A DNA stretch of 63,919 nt, the filler included. It is 7 parts of 7 records of this genome, joined end to end, with 100 filler letters (N's around TTAATTAATTAA, not from the genome) between each part and the next. Parts side by side here need not be neighbours in the genome. Positions count along the whole stretch, not along the records: positions 26,355 to 32,741 come from SRR31156797_6257; positions 32,842 to 40,656 come from SRR31156797_6263; 5 more parts are not named here. The stretch is one strand, 5' to 3'. The notes beneath the pieces are model-generated. The model was not told the origin of the DNA. It was given only the letters and a program-made list of their open reading frames with translations, and searched no databases. Shown here piece after piece: positions 29,331 through 39,124 of this stretch (the first letter of the stretch is position 1; each line of letters starts with the position of its first letter). The translations under genes and the position numbers were made by a program.

Positions 29331-30599
29331 ATGACAAATGTATTTCAAAATAATACTGATTTTCAGCGTTACAAAAGGATTAAAGAATTACTTGACATTG
29401 AATATCGTGGATATAATTTAAAATCCCTTATTGCTTATGATGTTGCAAGGGTTTGTTTTAGTCATAAATGGCCTAAATTAAAATCAGCTACCCGATTTTT
29501 TGTAAAGCCTCAATATAAAAAATATATAAAATCTGTTTCCTTTAAGGGTTATCTCTTTTCTAAAATTTATACAGGCAGAAAAGATCATGATGAATTATTA
29601 AAATCTATATGCAACGAAATTAATTCACCTTATGATTTTATTGATTTGAAAAATTCTTTTCAGCTTACCTTTAATTTGAAAAATGTTTTAAGCTCATATT
29701 CGGAATTGAGAAAAATCCAAAAGCATCTTCGTTTAACCGAATTTATTTACTATTGGGCATCTTTGTGTTATTACAAAAATTATTTAAAAACATTAGATAA
29801 ATATCTTGCACATCATATTAAAATAAAAGCTTTTATTGCTCATAATAGTTCTTTAACTCCCTATAGTATATGGGTTTTGTTTTTTAAAAAATATAATATT
29901 CCCACGTACAGTAATCAACACGGATTAAACGTCAATTTTTCTAACAGGATTCCACTGGCAGTGCTTAATTTTGAAAATATAACTGCTGATAATATGTTAT
30001 GTTGGGGAAAACAAACCATTGAAGAGATTAAAACCAATTATGACAATAACAATTGTAATTTAATACTTGCTGGTAATCCTAAATTTAAAGAGCTTCAATT
30101 AAAAAGGATGAAACTTTCTTTTACCAATTGTATTGTTTTGTTAGGAAGTGAGATCTATGAAAAAGGCAATATCAGGTTATTATCATTAGTAAGTAAATAT
30201 TCAAAAGAGTATCAAACTCCGTTTTATGTTAAAACACATCCATCATTATCTGAGAAGAAATATAAAAAAATAATAGAGTCCTTAAATCTTCATGTTGTTG
30301 AAAAAAATATTCTTATGCATGATCTATTAAAAACAGGCAATTTCGATTTTGCTATTACCTACAATTCAAGTGCATACTATGAAACAATGCCATACGGAAT
30401 TCCCTGCCTAAGGTTTTCGGTTGATATGAGTGATAACCTATATGGATTGAACGATAAGTTTAGTTCACATGAAGAATTGAGGGGTTTAATAAATACCTTA
30501 AAAGTAAAGGATAATCAAGTGTTTAATAAAGAGGTAACCAACCTATTAAATTATGTTTTGGGCATTAATGATGTAAATTATTCTAAATTATTTCAGTAA
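29331..30599 (+). CDS. Putative GT-B-fold capsule/glycan biosynthesis protein
   Basis: QHG, LCWG, AGNP, VKTHPS, NSSAYYE motifs typical of GT-B sialyl/capsule transferases; cluster context. Confidence 0.55.
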   Translation: MTNVFQNNTDFQRYKRIKELLDIEYRGYNLKSLIAYDVARVCFSHKWPKLKSATRFFVKPQYKKYIKSVSFKGYLFSKIYTGRKDHDELLKSICNEINSPYDFIDLKNSFQLTFNLKNVLSSYSELRKIQKHLRLTEFIYYWASLCYYKNYLKTLDKYLAHHIKIKAFIAHNSSLTPYSIWVLFFKKYNIPTYSNQHGLNVNFSNRIPLAVLNFENITADNMLCWGKQTIEEIKTNYDNNNCNLILAGNPKFKELQLKRMKLSFTNCIVLLGSEIYEKGNIRLLSLVSKYSKEYQTPFYVKTHPSLSEKKYKKIIESLNLHVVEKNILMHDLLKTGNFDFAITYNSSAYYETMPYGIPCLRFSVDMSDNLYGLNDKFSSHEELRGLINTLKVKDNQVFNKEVTNLLNYVLGINDVNYSKLFQ

Positions 30600-30641
30600 A
30601 GAAATTAAGAGAAGTGTGTAATAATATAGAACATTAAATAT

Positions 30642-31505
30642 ATGAAGGTTGATTTTATGATAATAGGGGCTATGAAAGCCGGGACTTCAACAATTTATGA
30701 CATTCTTAAATGTCATCCCGGCATTGTATTAAGTAAAATAAAAGAGCCATGTTTTTTTAGTCATAATTCGAATTGGGCAAAAAATATAAATACTTACCAT
30801 GAATTATTTAATGAAGAAAAAGGGAAAATATATGGAGAAGCCTCAACTCCATATACCAAATATCCAAAATATAATTTAAGTATATGGAACGACATTTATA
30901 CTTATAACAATAAAATGAAATTCATTTATATTGTAAGAAATCCTATAGACAGAATTATTTCGCATTATATTCAAGAATATCGGAGAGGAATTATTAATGA
31001 AAGCATTGAAAAATCCATTAAAGAATATCCTGAATTTATTAATGTGTCACGTTATTATTTTCAAATTCAACCTTTTATAGAAAAATTTGGAATGGACCAG
31101 GTATTAATTCTTGATTTTTCTGATTTGATTAAAAAAAGGGAAGATGTAATTATTCAGATTTCAGATTTCTTAAATATTGATTTTAAACTTTTCCCCGATT
31201 TTAACTCTATCCATTCCAATTCCTTTAAAGAAAAGAAATTACATCACAGATTTCATAAACCGGTTAAATTTTTATCACCTGTTTTAAGGTATGTTCCTCA
31301 AGCGATTAAAGATTACATGAGAAATATTCTTATTAGTTCAAAGAGGACATTTAAAGAAAAGCCAAATTTGTCAGAAGAATACCGGGAATTCATTATTAAT
31401 TCTGTAAAACTCGATATAGTTGAGTTAGAAAAATTAACCGGCAAAGATTATTCACATTGGCTGATACAAACAAATCAAATAAACAATTTTGAAAACTTAT
31501 TATAG
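30642..31505 (+). CDS. PAPS-dependent sulfotransferase
   Basis: IIGAMKAGTST 5'-PSB loop, KEP.FF, GEASTPY, RNPIDRIISHY 3'-PB motif. Confidence 0.9.
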   Translation: MKVDFMIIGAMKAGTSTIYDILKCHPGIVLSKIKEPCFFSHNSNWAKNINTYHELFNEEKGKIYGEASTPYTKYPKYNLSIWNDIYTYNNKMKFIYIVRNPIDRIISHYIQEYRRGIINESIEKSIKEYPEFINVSRYYFQIQPFIEKFGMDQVLILDFSDLIKKREDVIIQISDFLNIDFKLFPDFNSIHSNSFKEKKLHHRFHKPVKFLSPVLRYVPQAIKDYMRNILISSKRTFKEKPNLSEEYREFIINSVKLDIVELEKLTGKDYSHWLIQTNQINNFENLL

Positions 31506-31884
31506 CAAAATAGAAGAAACTAATTTAATTGCTTTACAATACACTAAAATTAATTTCTACATTAATACTAGCTATTTATTGGGAAAAGGTATTTTATGAC
31601 GTGGCTTTACAGTACTTTTTATATCCAAAATCCCTTCGAAAGAATTAGCAGGTATTACATGAATAGTTTTTAATATGATATTATAAAGATATAGACTGAG
31701 GAAGTGTTTTAGGATAATCAACAATTGATTTTTTTTCGATTTAATGTTTGTTTAAAGAACTACAAATTTTTATGTTCTAAATAAAAACGTTCAGGCCATA
31801 AATTATAGGGTTGAATATGTGTTGATTAACTTTTTGGATTTTTAAATTAGTAAGTTGATAAGCTCTAATATTTTAAAATTAAAA

Positions 31885-32741
31885 ATGGATTACGGGAATA
31901 AAAATATAATAATTCACATTGGAATGCCAAAATGTGCATCAACTACTTTGCAGCGTAATTTTTTTGAACGTTTGCCCATGATTAATTATGGAGGTAATGG
32001 AGATAATTCTGAACTTTCGAAACTAGTTAAAGGAATCACATTATCTGACGGATTGTATTTTGATAAAAGGGTAGTTAAAAAAAAGCTAACAGAATATATT
32101 GATAAGGAAAAACCGCTGGTTATTTCAAGTGAGCATGGCAGTGGAATGATATTGCCTCTAACAAGAAATATACCTCAATGTCGCAAGGTAATAGCAAAAA
32201 GATACAAAAGTTTATTTCCTGATGCCAAGATCTTAGTAATTATTCGTAATCAATTTAATATTCAAAAATCAGTATATGTGCAAACATTAGTTAGTAATAA
32301 TAAATTTGTCTCTATTAAAAGATCTTCTTTTAAAAGATGGATTGAACTAAATATTTATCAAAAAAACAAAGGTTGGATGAATTGCTTTGAATTTGCAGAT
32401 TATTATCCGCTAATAAAATTTTATAAGGATAATTTTAAGGAAGTTAAAGTTGTAATATTTGAAGAAATGATAAAAGACATGAGCGGATTTATTCAAAATG
32501 AATTATCTTCTTTTATTGGAATTTCGGGTGAAGAAGCTATCCAGTATTTTAATGATATAATTTTGAATAGCAGACATACCAAGGGGGAGTTGTTTTTTGA
32601 AAGGATTAATAGAAATATCATTAATTTTCTTCAAAAAAATTTAGGTAATCCACAAAAAGCAATACCCGAAAAAACCCGAAAAGAGTTTATGAAAAAGTTT
32701 CATCATGCTATTGATTCGATTTCAATTGGACATATCAAAAC
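31885..32741 (+). CDS. Sulfotransferase-family protein (3'-truncated)
   Basis: IHIGMPKCASTTLQ, SSE, IRNQ...S.Y. Confidence 0.8.
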
Positions 32742-32841
32742 NNNNNNNNNNNNNNNNNNNNNNNNNNNNNNNNNNNNNNNNNNNNTTAATTAATTAANNN
32801 NNNNNNNNNNNNNNNNNNNNNNNNNNNNNNNNNNNNNNNNN
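32742..32841. other. Artificial contig spacer
   Basis: N44-TTAATTAATTAA-N44. Confidence 0.97.
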
Positions 32842-33558
32842 TGGCAGCTTGTCAACCCGTCCCGTTGGGCCAAAAATCATTAATCCTTCAGGAGAATACC
32901 TGCATTTTTCAACTTTTTCCACATGCCCGGCCGGCAGTTCGATCATTTTTTCCACGGATGTCAAGGCAGTGTTGACCCTCAACGTCAATGGCGCCGGCTG
33001 GTTGTTCGCCTTGAGCAGGGCTTCGGTTTCTTCAAAACCCAACTCGTCAATGTACATCCTGACCATCCATTCCGGATGTGAATAAACAACAGACAGTTTT
33101 TGCATGGATTCAAGTTGGGCTTTTTCGGGATCGGGCTTGTTTTCTGCGCGAACAGCGTTTCTAAGAACGGCGTTGACCAACTTGGCCGCCCATTGAGGAG
33201 CGTATGTTTTGGCCAGGTTTACGGATTCGTTAACAGCAGCTGAAGGCGGGACGCGGTCAAGATAAATGATCTGAAAGAGCCCTAAAAGTAAAATCCATTC
33301 CACTACCGGATCGAGGGCTTTGCCGGGCCGTTTTAGAAAATGGCGCAGAATCCAATCAAGTCTGATACGCTGTCGCAACACCCCGTACACAAGCGTGGAA
33401 GCCAGGGCCCGGTCTCTCCGGTCAAGGCCAAAAGCGTGTTTGTCCAGGGATTCGTCCGGTAAAATGCGCCTGTCAAAATCAAGCAGGCACAACAAGGCGG
33501 CCTGCCTGGCGCTTTTTACTTTTTTCTTAGGGGTCTTTTTTTTAACTGAAGGGTTCAA
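32842..33558 (-). CDS. rsmB: 16S rRNA m5C967 methyltransferase RsmB (3'-truncated)
   Basis: NusB-like N-domain (LVYGVLR, AAVNESV, NAVLR), SHPEW, LRVN; def-fmt-rsmB order. Confidence 0.9.
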
Positions 33559-33576
33559 CGGCTTGGTTCAACTCGG

Positions 33577-34530
33577 TTATTCACGGCCGAAAAAGTCATC
33601 GCGAGTAAGTCTATGCCCGTTTTTGAACTGGGACGCGGTTTGCCTCTTTTTACCGGCAATCTGGAATTCCCTGATTGCAACCGATCCCTGCCCCGCAGCC
33701 ACATGCAGGCTATCTGCTTCCAGGCTCAAAACCTGGCCGGGCTCCCCTTGTCCCGGCCCGGGCCTGGCGCCGAAAAGCTTAAGGTTTTTTCCCTTAAAAG
33801 TAGTGAAAGCCCCGGGCCACGGATCAAGGCCGCGAATCCTGGCCGAAAGTTCATCAGCCGGCCTGGTCCAATCTATCAGCCCGTCTTCTTTTTTAAGCAG
33901 CCGGCATTCGTTCGGACACTCGAGCGGTTGAGGCGTGGGCTTTAAATTGCCGGTTTTGAGGGCGGTTATTGTGTCCATAACCAGATCCGCGCCGATCACC
34001 GCCAACCTGTCGTGCAGTTCGCCGGCGGTTTCCGTTTCCCCGATCTTTACTTTTTGCGATAAAAGCGTGGGCCCGCAGTCCATGCCTTCATTTAAAAACA
34101 TCGTGGTTACGCCGGTTTCGGTTTCTCCATTCAAAACAGCCCAATTTATGGGCGCGGCGCCCCGGTAATCGGGCAACAGCGACGGGTGCAGGTTTAACGG
34201 TCCTATGCGCGGCAGTTCCAAAAGCGGCCGGGGCAAAAGCAGGCCATAGGCAACAACCACTAAAAGGTCGGGTGAATAATCTTTTAAATGATTTAAGGCA
34301 TCCGGCCCCTTAACGGATTCAGGCTGCCAGACGGGGAGATCGTGTTCAAGGGCCAGGGACTTGACCGCCGGCGGCGACATCTTCCTGCCCCTTCCGCTGG
34401 GGCGGTCGGGTTGCGTTACAACCAGGCAGACTTCGTCTTCAGACTTAACCAGGGCGGTCAAAGAAGGACAGGCGAATTCCGGACTGCCCATAAATATGAT
34501 ACGCCAGGTCTCGTTATCGCCCTGGGACAT
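33577..34530 (-). CDS. fmt: Methionyl-tRNA formyltransferase
   Basis: FMGSPEFA, VTQPDRP.GRG, VVAYG, NLHPSLLP.YRGAAPI. Confidence 0.97.
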   Translation of the reverse strand: MSQGDNETWRIIFMGSPEFACPSLTALVKSEDEVCLVVTQPDRPSGRGRKMSPPAVKSLALEHDLPVWQPESVKGPDALNHLKDYSPDLLVVVAYGLLLPRPLLELPRIGPLNLHPSLLPDYRGAAPINWAVLNGETETGVTTMFLNEGMDCGPTLLSQKVKIGETETAGELHDRLAVIGADLVMDTITALKTGNLKPTPQPLECPNECRLLKKEDGLIDWTRPADELSARIRGLDPWPGAFTTFKGKNLKLFGARPGPGQGEPGQVLSLEADSLHVAAGQGSVAIREFQIAGKKRQTASQFKNGHRLTRDDFFGRE

Positions 34531-35057
34531 CAGGCGGCTTCCCCTTCCTGCTCCCTTTGTTTCAATATCTTTTTTAATTTGCGCTTGTACAGGTCGCGCT
34601 TCAGCACGCTGATGTGGTCGATAAATAACATACCGTTAAGATGGTCGATTTCATGTTGAAAAACAACGGCTTTGGTTCCCTCGGCCGTGATTTCCATCGG
34701 CTGGCCGTCGATGTCCAGTCCGCGAATGACAACTTCGTTGGCCCGGGTGACATTGGCCTTGTAATCAATCACCGATAGGCAGGCTTCCTCAAAAACTATC
34801 TCTCCAGACGCGGATATAATTTCGGGATTTATAATCACCAGGGCCTGTCCGACATTTTCAGGAGTGCTGTTTTCCACCACTATCATCCGGCAGCTTCTCC
34901 CGACCTGGGGAGCGGCCAAACCAACGCCCGGCGCGTCATACATGGTTTCAATCATATCCTCGGACAGCTTGCGAATATCGTCGTCAATAACCTCGATAGG
35001 TTCAGCTTCCTGTTTTAAAACCGGCTCGGGGTATGTGCATATTGGCAATATCGCCAT
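34530..35057 (-). CDS. def: Peptide deformylase
   Basis: GVGLAAPQ, EACLS, QHEIDHLNG. Confidence 0.97.
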   Translation of the reverse strand: MAILPICTYPEPVLKQEAEPIEVIDDDIRKLSEDMIETMYDAPGVGLAAPQVGRSCRMIVVENSTPENVGQALVIINPEIISASGEIVFEEACLSVIDYKANVTRANEVVIRGLDIDGQPMEITAEGTKAVVFQHEIDHLNGMLFIDHISVLKRDLYKRKLKKILKQREQEGEAA

Positions 35058-35214
35058 AATAAACCTCATATATGAAAATTCATTTCAGCTTTGCTGCTGG
35101 AATCTTCAATAAGTTAAATAATGTTATCCTTATTATAATACAGAGGACTATCCTATTCAAGAAGTCTCTTGAGCAGTAAGCAACTATGCAGGTTATGGCA
35201 GGTAATAATTACCT

Positions 35215-35243
35215 TTGACAAAATTGTTTAGAACCTATACCAT
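35215..35243 (+). promoter_or_regulatory. Sigma70 promoter of the marR-family gene (probably leaderless) overlapping a putative operator
   Basis: TTGACA(35215)-N17-TACCAT(35238), ATG 6 nt later, no SD; GTTTAGaacCTATAC inside the spacer. Confidence 0.65.
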
Positions 35244-35249
35244 AATTCC

Positions 35250-35714
35250 ATGGACAAGCTGGAACGAGTATTACGCATTAGGGATGGATTTTTAAGAATA
35301 ATAAATAAATACAAACGTCTGGAACAAAGGCCCCAGGATTACGGGACCGGAATCCTTCACCCGGTCGAAATACACACCATAGAAATGATCGGCTTGAAAG
35401 ATGAGCTTAATGTCACGGCCCTGGCTTCGGAAATGGGCGTTACCAAGGGCGCCGTTTCCCAGACCCTTTCCAAGCTGGAAAAAAAGGGGCATATAAAAAA
35501 GGTGAAAGCCGCGGACAATGACAAGGAAGTTCATCTGGAATTAACGGACCTGGGCTGGATTGCCTTTAAAGGGCATCTGGATTTCCATTCCAAATACGAT
35601 TCAGCCGCTTTTGAAGACTTCAGCGCCATATCCGAAACAGAGCTGGCTTTTCTGGAAAAAGCGGCTGTCAGGTTAGAACATTACCTTGATCAGTATCTGG
35701 AGGATCTTGAGTGA
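35250..35714 (+). CDS. MarR family transcriptional regulator
   Basis: EIHTIEMI, NVTALA..MGVTKGAVSQTLSKLEKKG, LTDLG. Confidence 0.9.
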   Translation: MDKLERVLRIRDGFLRIINKYKRLEQRPQDYGTGILHPVEIHTIEMIGLKDELNVTALASEMGVTKGAVSQTLSKLEKKGHIKKVKAADNDKEVHLELTDLGWIAFKGHLDFHSKYDSAAFEDFSAISETELAFLEKAAVRLEHYLDQYLEDLE

Positions 35715-35829
35715 GATCCTAATTGACAATGCGAAAAGGCCTATGACGGATTATTATCATAACATATTATTATCAAAAATTATTTTACATTCATATGTTT
35801 AGATGGGTGAAAAAATTTTTAACAAAATG

Positions 35830-35894
35830 GTTTAGATGCTAAATAAAAATTCAGGATTGACGTTAAATAACTTATGTTATATAAGGGTTGTTAT
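35830..35894 (+). promoter_or_regulatory. Promoter of the TetR cluster with a putative MarR site and tandem TetR operators
   Basis: GTTTAGatgCTAAAT (35830); TTGACG(35857)-N17-TATAAG; ATAACttatGTTAT (35867) and ATAAGggttGTTAT (35881). Confidence 0.6.
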
Positions 35895-35919
35895 ATAATA
35901 TTCGAAGAAATGAGCGTAA

Positions 35920-36519
35920 ATGCCTCCAAAAAGCAAGTTCAAAAAAGAAGACATCATCAATGCCGCCTTTAATGTCGTCCGTAAGAAAGGAATGCAAAAG
36001 CTTTCCGCCAGGGCCATATCCGAGGAACTTGGCGCTTCCACCATGCCGATTTATTCATACATAGAATCCATGGCCGCCCTGGAAGAGGAAGTGATCAAAA
36101 AAGCAATGGATCTTCATCTCCAATACATGACCACGCCCCGGACCGGCGATCCCGGTCTTGACATAGGGTTCGGCTATATCCGGTTCGCCCGTGAAGAAAA
36201 GCATTTATTTCGATCCGTAACCGATGAACGACACATACAGATGATCACGGATTATTTTGACGAAACCATATCAACCACCGAAGACATGCTCAAAGACCAC
36301 CCCATGTTTGAAGGTATGACCATTGAACAGGTTAAAAGGGTCAATATCGCCTTGGGATGCTTTCTTCACGGCATGGCCTCTCTCATTAACAATTCCTGGG
36401 ATAAAATTACGACCGATCATGAAATAACGGAATTTATTGCGGAAACATATTTGTCTTTCCTCTCCGGTTACAGGGACCTTGTGTTGGGAAAGGAAAGCGA
36501 CGCGGAGCCTGAAGAATAG
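35920..36519 (+). CDS. TetR/AcrR family transcriptional regulator
   Basis: MPPK..F.KEDII.AA...LSARAIS.ELGASTMPIYSY HTH. Confidence 0.9.
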   Translation: MPPKSKFKKEDIINAAFNVVRKKGMQKLSARAISEELGASTMPIYSYIESMAALEEEVIKKAMDLHLQYMTTPRTGDPGLDIGFGYIRFAREEKHLFRSVTDERHIQMITDYFDETISTTEDMLKDHPMFEGMTIEQVKRVNIALGCFLHGMASLINNSWDKITTDHEITEFIAETYLSFLSGYRDLVLGKESDAEPEE

Positions 36520-36553
36520 CATCTAGAAAGGAAACAAAAGGAGACTGCCTGAT

Positions 36554-36949
36554 ATGCTGGATAAAATAAAAGCGAGCGAGCGAAGGGGCGAATTGGAATT
36601 CTTTATCAGCGAACGGGATCCCGAATGCGTGGTCGGCGTTATGCCCGTCAAGGAAGGCGCACTTAATCCTTTCGGCCTGGTTCAGACCGGGGCCATGGTC
36701 TGGCTGGCCGACGTCGTCGCCACCATACTGGCCATAGAAAATACGGAACTGGGGCCGGGAGGTTCAGGCTTTCCCCTGTGCATAGACCTGCACACATCCC
36801 TTATGGGCAACCAGAAAGGCGGTGAAATCAGGGCGGAAGCCCATCCCGTTCGTATTGGCAAAAGAGTTACGGTTATCCGGACCAGGGTTTTGGGTGAGAA
36901 AGATCGTCTTTTAGCTGAAGTTACAACTACTCATGTTCCGGCGGATTGA
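36554..36949 (+). CDS. PaaI family (hotdog-fold) thioesterase
   Basis: NPFGLVQTGAMVWLAD, GKRVTV. Confidence 0.85.
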   Translation: MLDKIKASERRGELEFFISERDPECVVGVMPVKEGALNPFGLVQTGAMVWLADVVATILAIENTELGPGGSGFPLCIDLHTSLMGNQKGGEIRAEAHPVRIGKRVTVIRTRVLGEKDRLLAEVTTTHVPAD

Positions 36950-36979
36950 GCACGGACGTTAATATTAGAGGTTGCTGAA

Positions 36980-38158
36980 ATGATTGAAAAAGCTTTGACG
37001 GGAAGTCTGAAGTACCGGGCCTGGATTCTTTTTTTGGGCCTGGTTTTGGCCGCCGGGGTTCTTGCCTGGTTTTATCAGTATCATAAAGGGCTTACGGTTA
37101 CCGGCTTGAGCCGGGACATCAGTTGGGGCATATACATTGCTCAGCTCACTTTTCTTGTGGGTGTGGCTGCATCGGCCGTGATGCTGGTTCTGCCGTATTA
37201 TATCCATAATTTCAAGGCTTTCGGCAGGATAACCATTCTGGGCGAGTTTTTGGCCGTGGCCTCGGTTCTGATGTGCATCCTGTTTGTTTTCGTTGATTTG
37301 GGCAATCCGTTCCGGGTGATTAACGTGTTCCTGCACCCTTCTCCCAGTTCCATGCTTTTCTGGGACGCTACGATCTTGTTCGGGTACATGATAGTCAATA
37401 TCACTATAGGCTGGACATTGCTGGAAGCTGAAAAGAAGGCCGTGCCGCCGCCCCGGTGGACAAAGATATTAATTTATCTATCAATACCCTGGGCGGTCAG
37501 CATCCATACCGTCACCGCTTTTTTGTATGCCGGAGTGCCTGGCCGACATTTGTGGCTCACAGCGGTCATGGCGCCCCGTTTTTTGGCTTCAGCCTTTGCC
37601 GCCGGCCCCTCGCTTTTGATAATTCTGGCCATTATTCTTAGAAAAGTGAGCGGGTTTGACGCCGGCCGGGAAGCTATCCAAAAGCTGGCCCAGATAGTGA
37701 CTTACGCCCTCATTATTAATGTATTTTTGTTCGGCATGGAATTTTTCACCGCATATTACAGTAACATACCCAGCCATAGTCACAGCCTGACCTACCTGTT
37801 TGCCGGTTTGGAAGGGCATGGCAAGCTGGTTCCCTGGATGTGGGCCTCAATGATAATGGCTGTCGCCGGCATCGTTATAATGCTCATACCGTCGGCCAGG
37901 AAAAACGAAAAAGTGCTTTTTCCAACTTTAATAATGATTTTCACAGCCTTGTGGATTGATAAAGGCATGGGGCTCATTGTAGGAGGTTTCATACCCAACC
38001 CGTTGGAGCAAGTGGTTGAATATTCACCAACCGGCCTGGAAATCATGGTCACTCTTGGCGTGTATTCTCTGGGCGCATTGCTTTTGACCGTGCTCTATAA
38101 AGTTGCTATTGAAGTAAAAAAGGAATCTGAATCGGGAAAGATTATGCAACACCACTAG
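36980..38158 (+). CDS. NrfD/PsrC family membrane subunit, DsrP-like
   Basis: GLTVTGLSRDISWGIYI, FLVGVAASAV, DLGNP.R, SMLFWD, SIHTVTAF, APRFLASAF, DKGMGL; about 10 TMs. Confidence 0.85.
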   Translation: MIEKALTGSLKYRAWILFLGLVLAAGVLAWFYQYHKGLTVTGLSRDISWGIYIAQLTFLVGVAASAVMLVLPYYIHNFKAFGRITILGEFLAVASVLMCILFVFVDLGNPFRVINVFLHPSPSSMLFWDATILFGYMIVNITIGWTLLEAEKKAVPPPRWTKILIYLSIPWAVSIHTVTAFLYAGVPGRHLWLTAVMAPRFLASAFAAGPSLLIILAIILRKVSGFDAGREAIQKLAQIVTYALIINVFLFGMEFFTAYYSNIPSHSHSLTYLFAGLEGHGKLVPWMWASMIMAVAGIVIMLIPSARKNEKVLFPTLIMIFTALWIDKGMGLIVGGFIPNPLEQVVEYSPTGLEIMVTLGVYSLGALLLTVLYKVAIEVKKESESGKIMQHH

Positions 38159-38249
38159 TTTTTTATTAATATGCAGGGGCATCACTTACCGGTCACAATG
38201 TCGTTATTAAACATGTCTAACGTTCCAAACCGATTATAGGAGGAATAAC

Positions 38250-38600
38250 ATGACTGAAATGATTGCCTATTGTGGATTGGAATGTTTCAAATGCCCGGTA
38301 TACCTGGCCGGAAAGAACAGCGATCAGGCGGCCAGGGAAAAGGTTGCCGCGGAGTGGTCGAAAATATTCAACTGGGATTTGAAAGCCGAGGACATGGTCT
38401 GCGACGGCTGCCTGGTGGATAATGGAGAGCTTTTTAAGTTCTGCCGACAGTGCGAGCCCAGAGAATGCTGCCGTTCCAAGGGAATTGACACCTGCGCATC
38501 TTGCGAAGATTATGCCTGTGACAAAATTAAGGTTTTGATCGACTACGATCCGGTCATTGGCAAAAATCTGGAAAAGATAAGAAAAGATATGGGGTTATAG
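38250..38600 (+). CDS. DUF3795-like Cys-rich protein
   Basis: IAYCGLECFKC...CDGC...C..C...CC...TCASCEDYAC. Confidence 0.85.
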   Translation: MTEMIAYCGLECFKCPVYLAGKNSDQAAREKVAAEWSKIFNWDLKAEDMVCDGCLVDNGELFKFCRQCEPRECCRSKGIDTCASCEDYACDKIKVLIDYDPVIGKNLEKIRKDMGL

Positions 38601-38604
38601 GATA

Positions 38605-39114
38605 TTGGACTATATTCGCCGGATAAGCGCCTTGGCGGGGCTGTTTGAAAACGCCGACCATGTCGATGTTAAATCAGCAAAAAGTAATGTGGATTTACGG
38701 GAATTCACGGCCGGACTGATTAGTTATCAGCCGGCCTGGATTGACTTTCTTTATCGGGTGAGGGCGGTTTTTGTCCGTTTTTTGGGCATGAAGCAGGATT
38801 TCATGCCTACCGCCCTTAACTTGAAACCCGAAGACCTGCCAATGGACCCCGGCGATACGGTTTCTATTTGGACTGTAAGTTTAGCCTCGGAAGATGAATA
38901 TTGGGCGGCCCATGCATCGGACAAGCATTTGGCCGCCCATTTGGCAGTTGCGGTTGAATCCATGCCGGATGGGCTAAATCGTTTTTATGTAGCAACCATA
39001 GTTCATTACCGAAACTGGGCCGGCCCGGTTTATTTTAATGTTATCAGACCCTTTCATCATATAGTCGTCAGAAGCATGATGAATAGCGCAGCCAGGGGCC
39101 TGAAATCAGATTGA
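38605..39114 (+). CDS. DUF2867-like protein
   Basis: DKHL, TIVHYRNWAGPVYFNVIRPFHHIVV. Confidence 0.8.
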   Translation: MDYIRRISALAGLFENADHVDVKSAKSNVDLREFTAGLISYQPAWIDFLYRVRAVFVRFLGMKQDFMPTALNLKPEDLPMDPGDTVSIWTVSLASEDEYWAAHASDKHLAAHLAVAVESMPDGLNRFYVATIVHYRNWAGPVYFNVIRPFHHIVVRSMMNSAARGLKSD

Positions 39115-39124
39115 TGAGAAAGCA

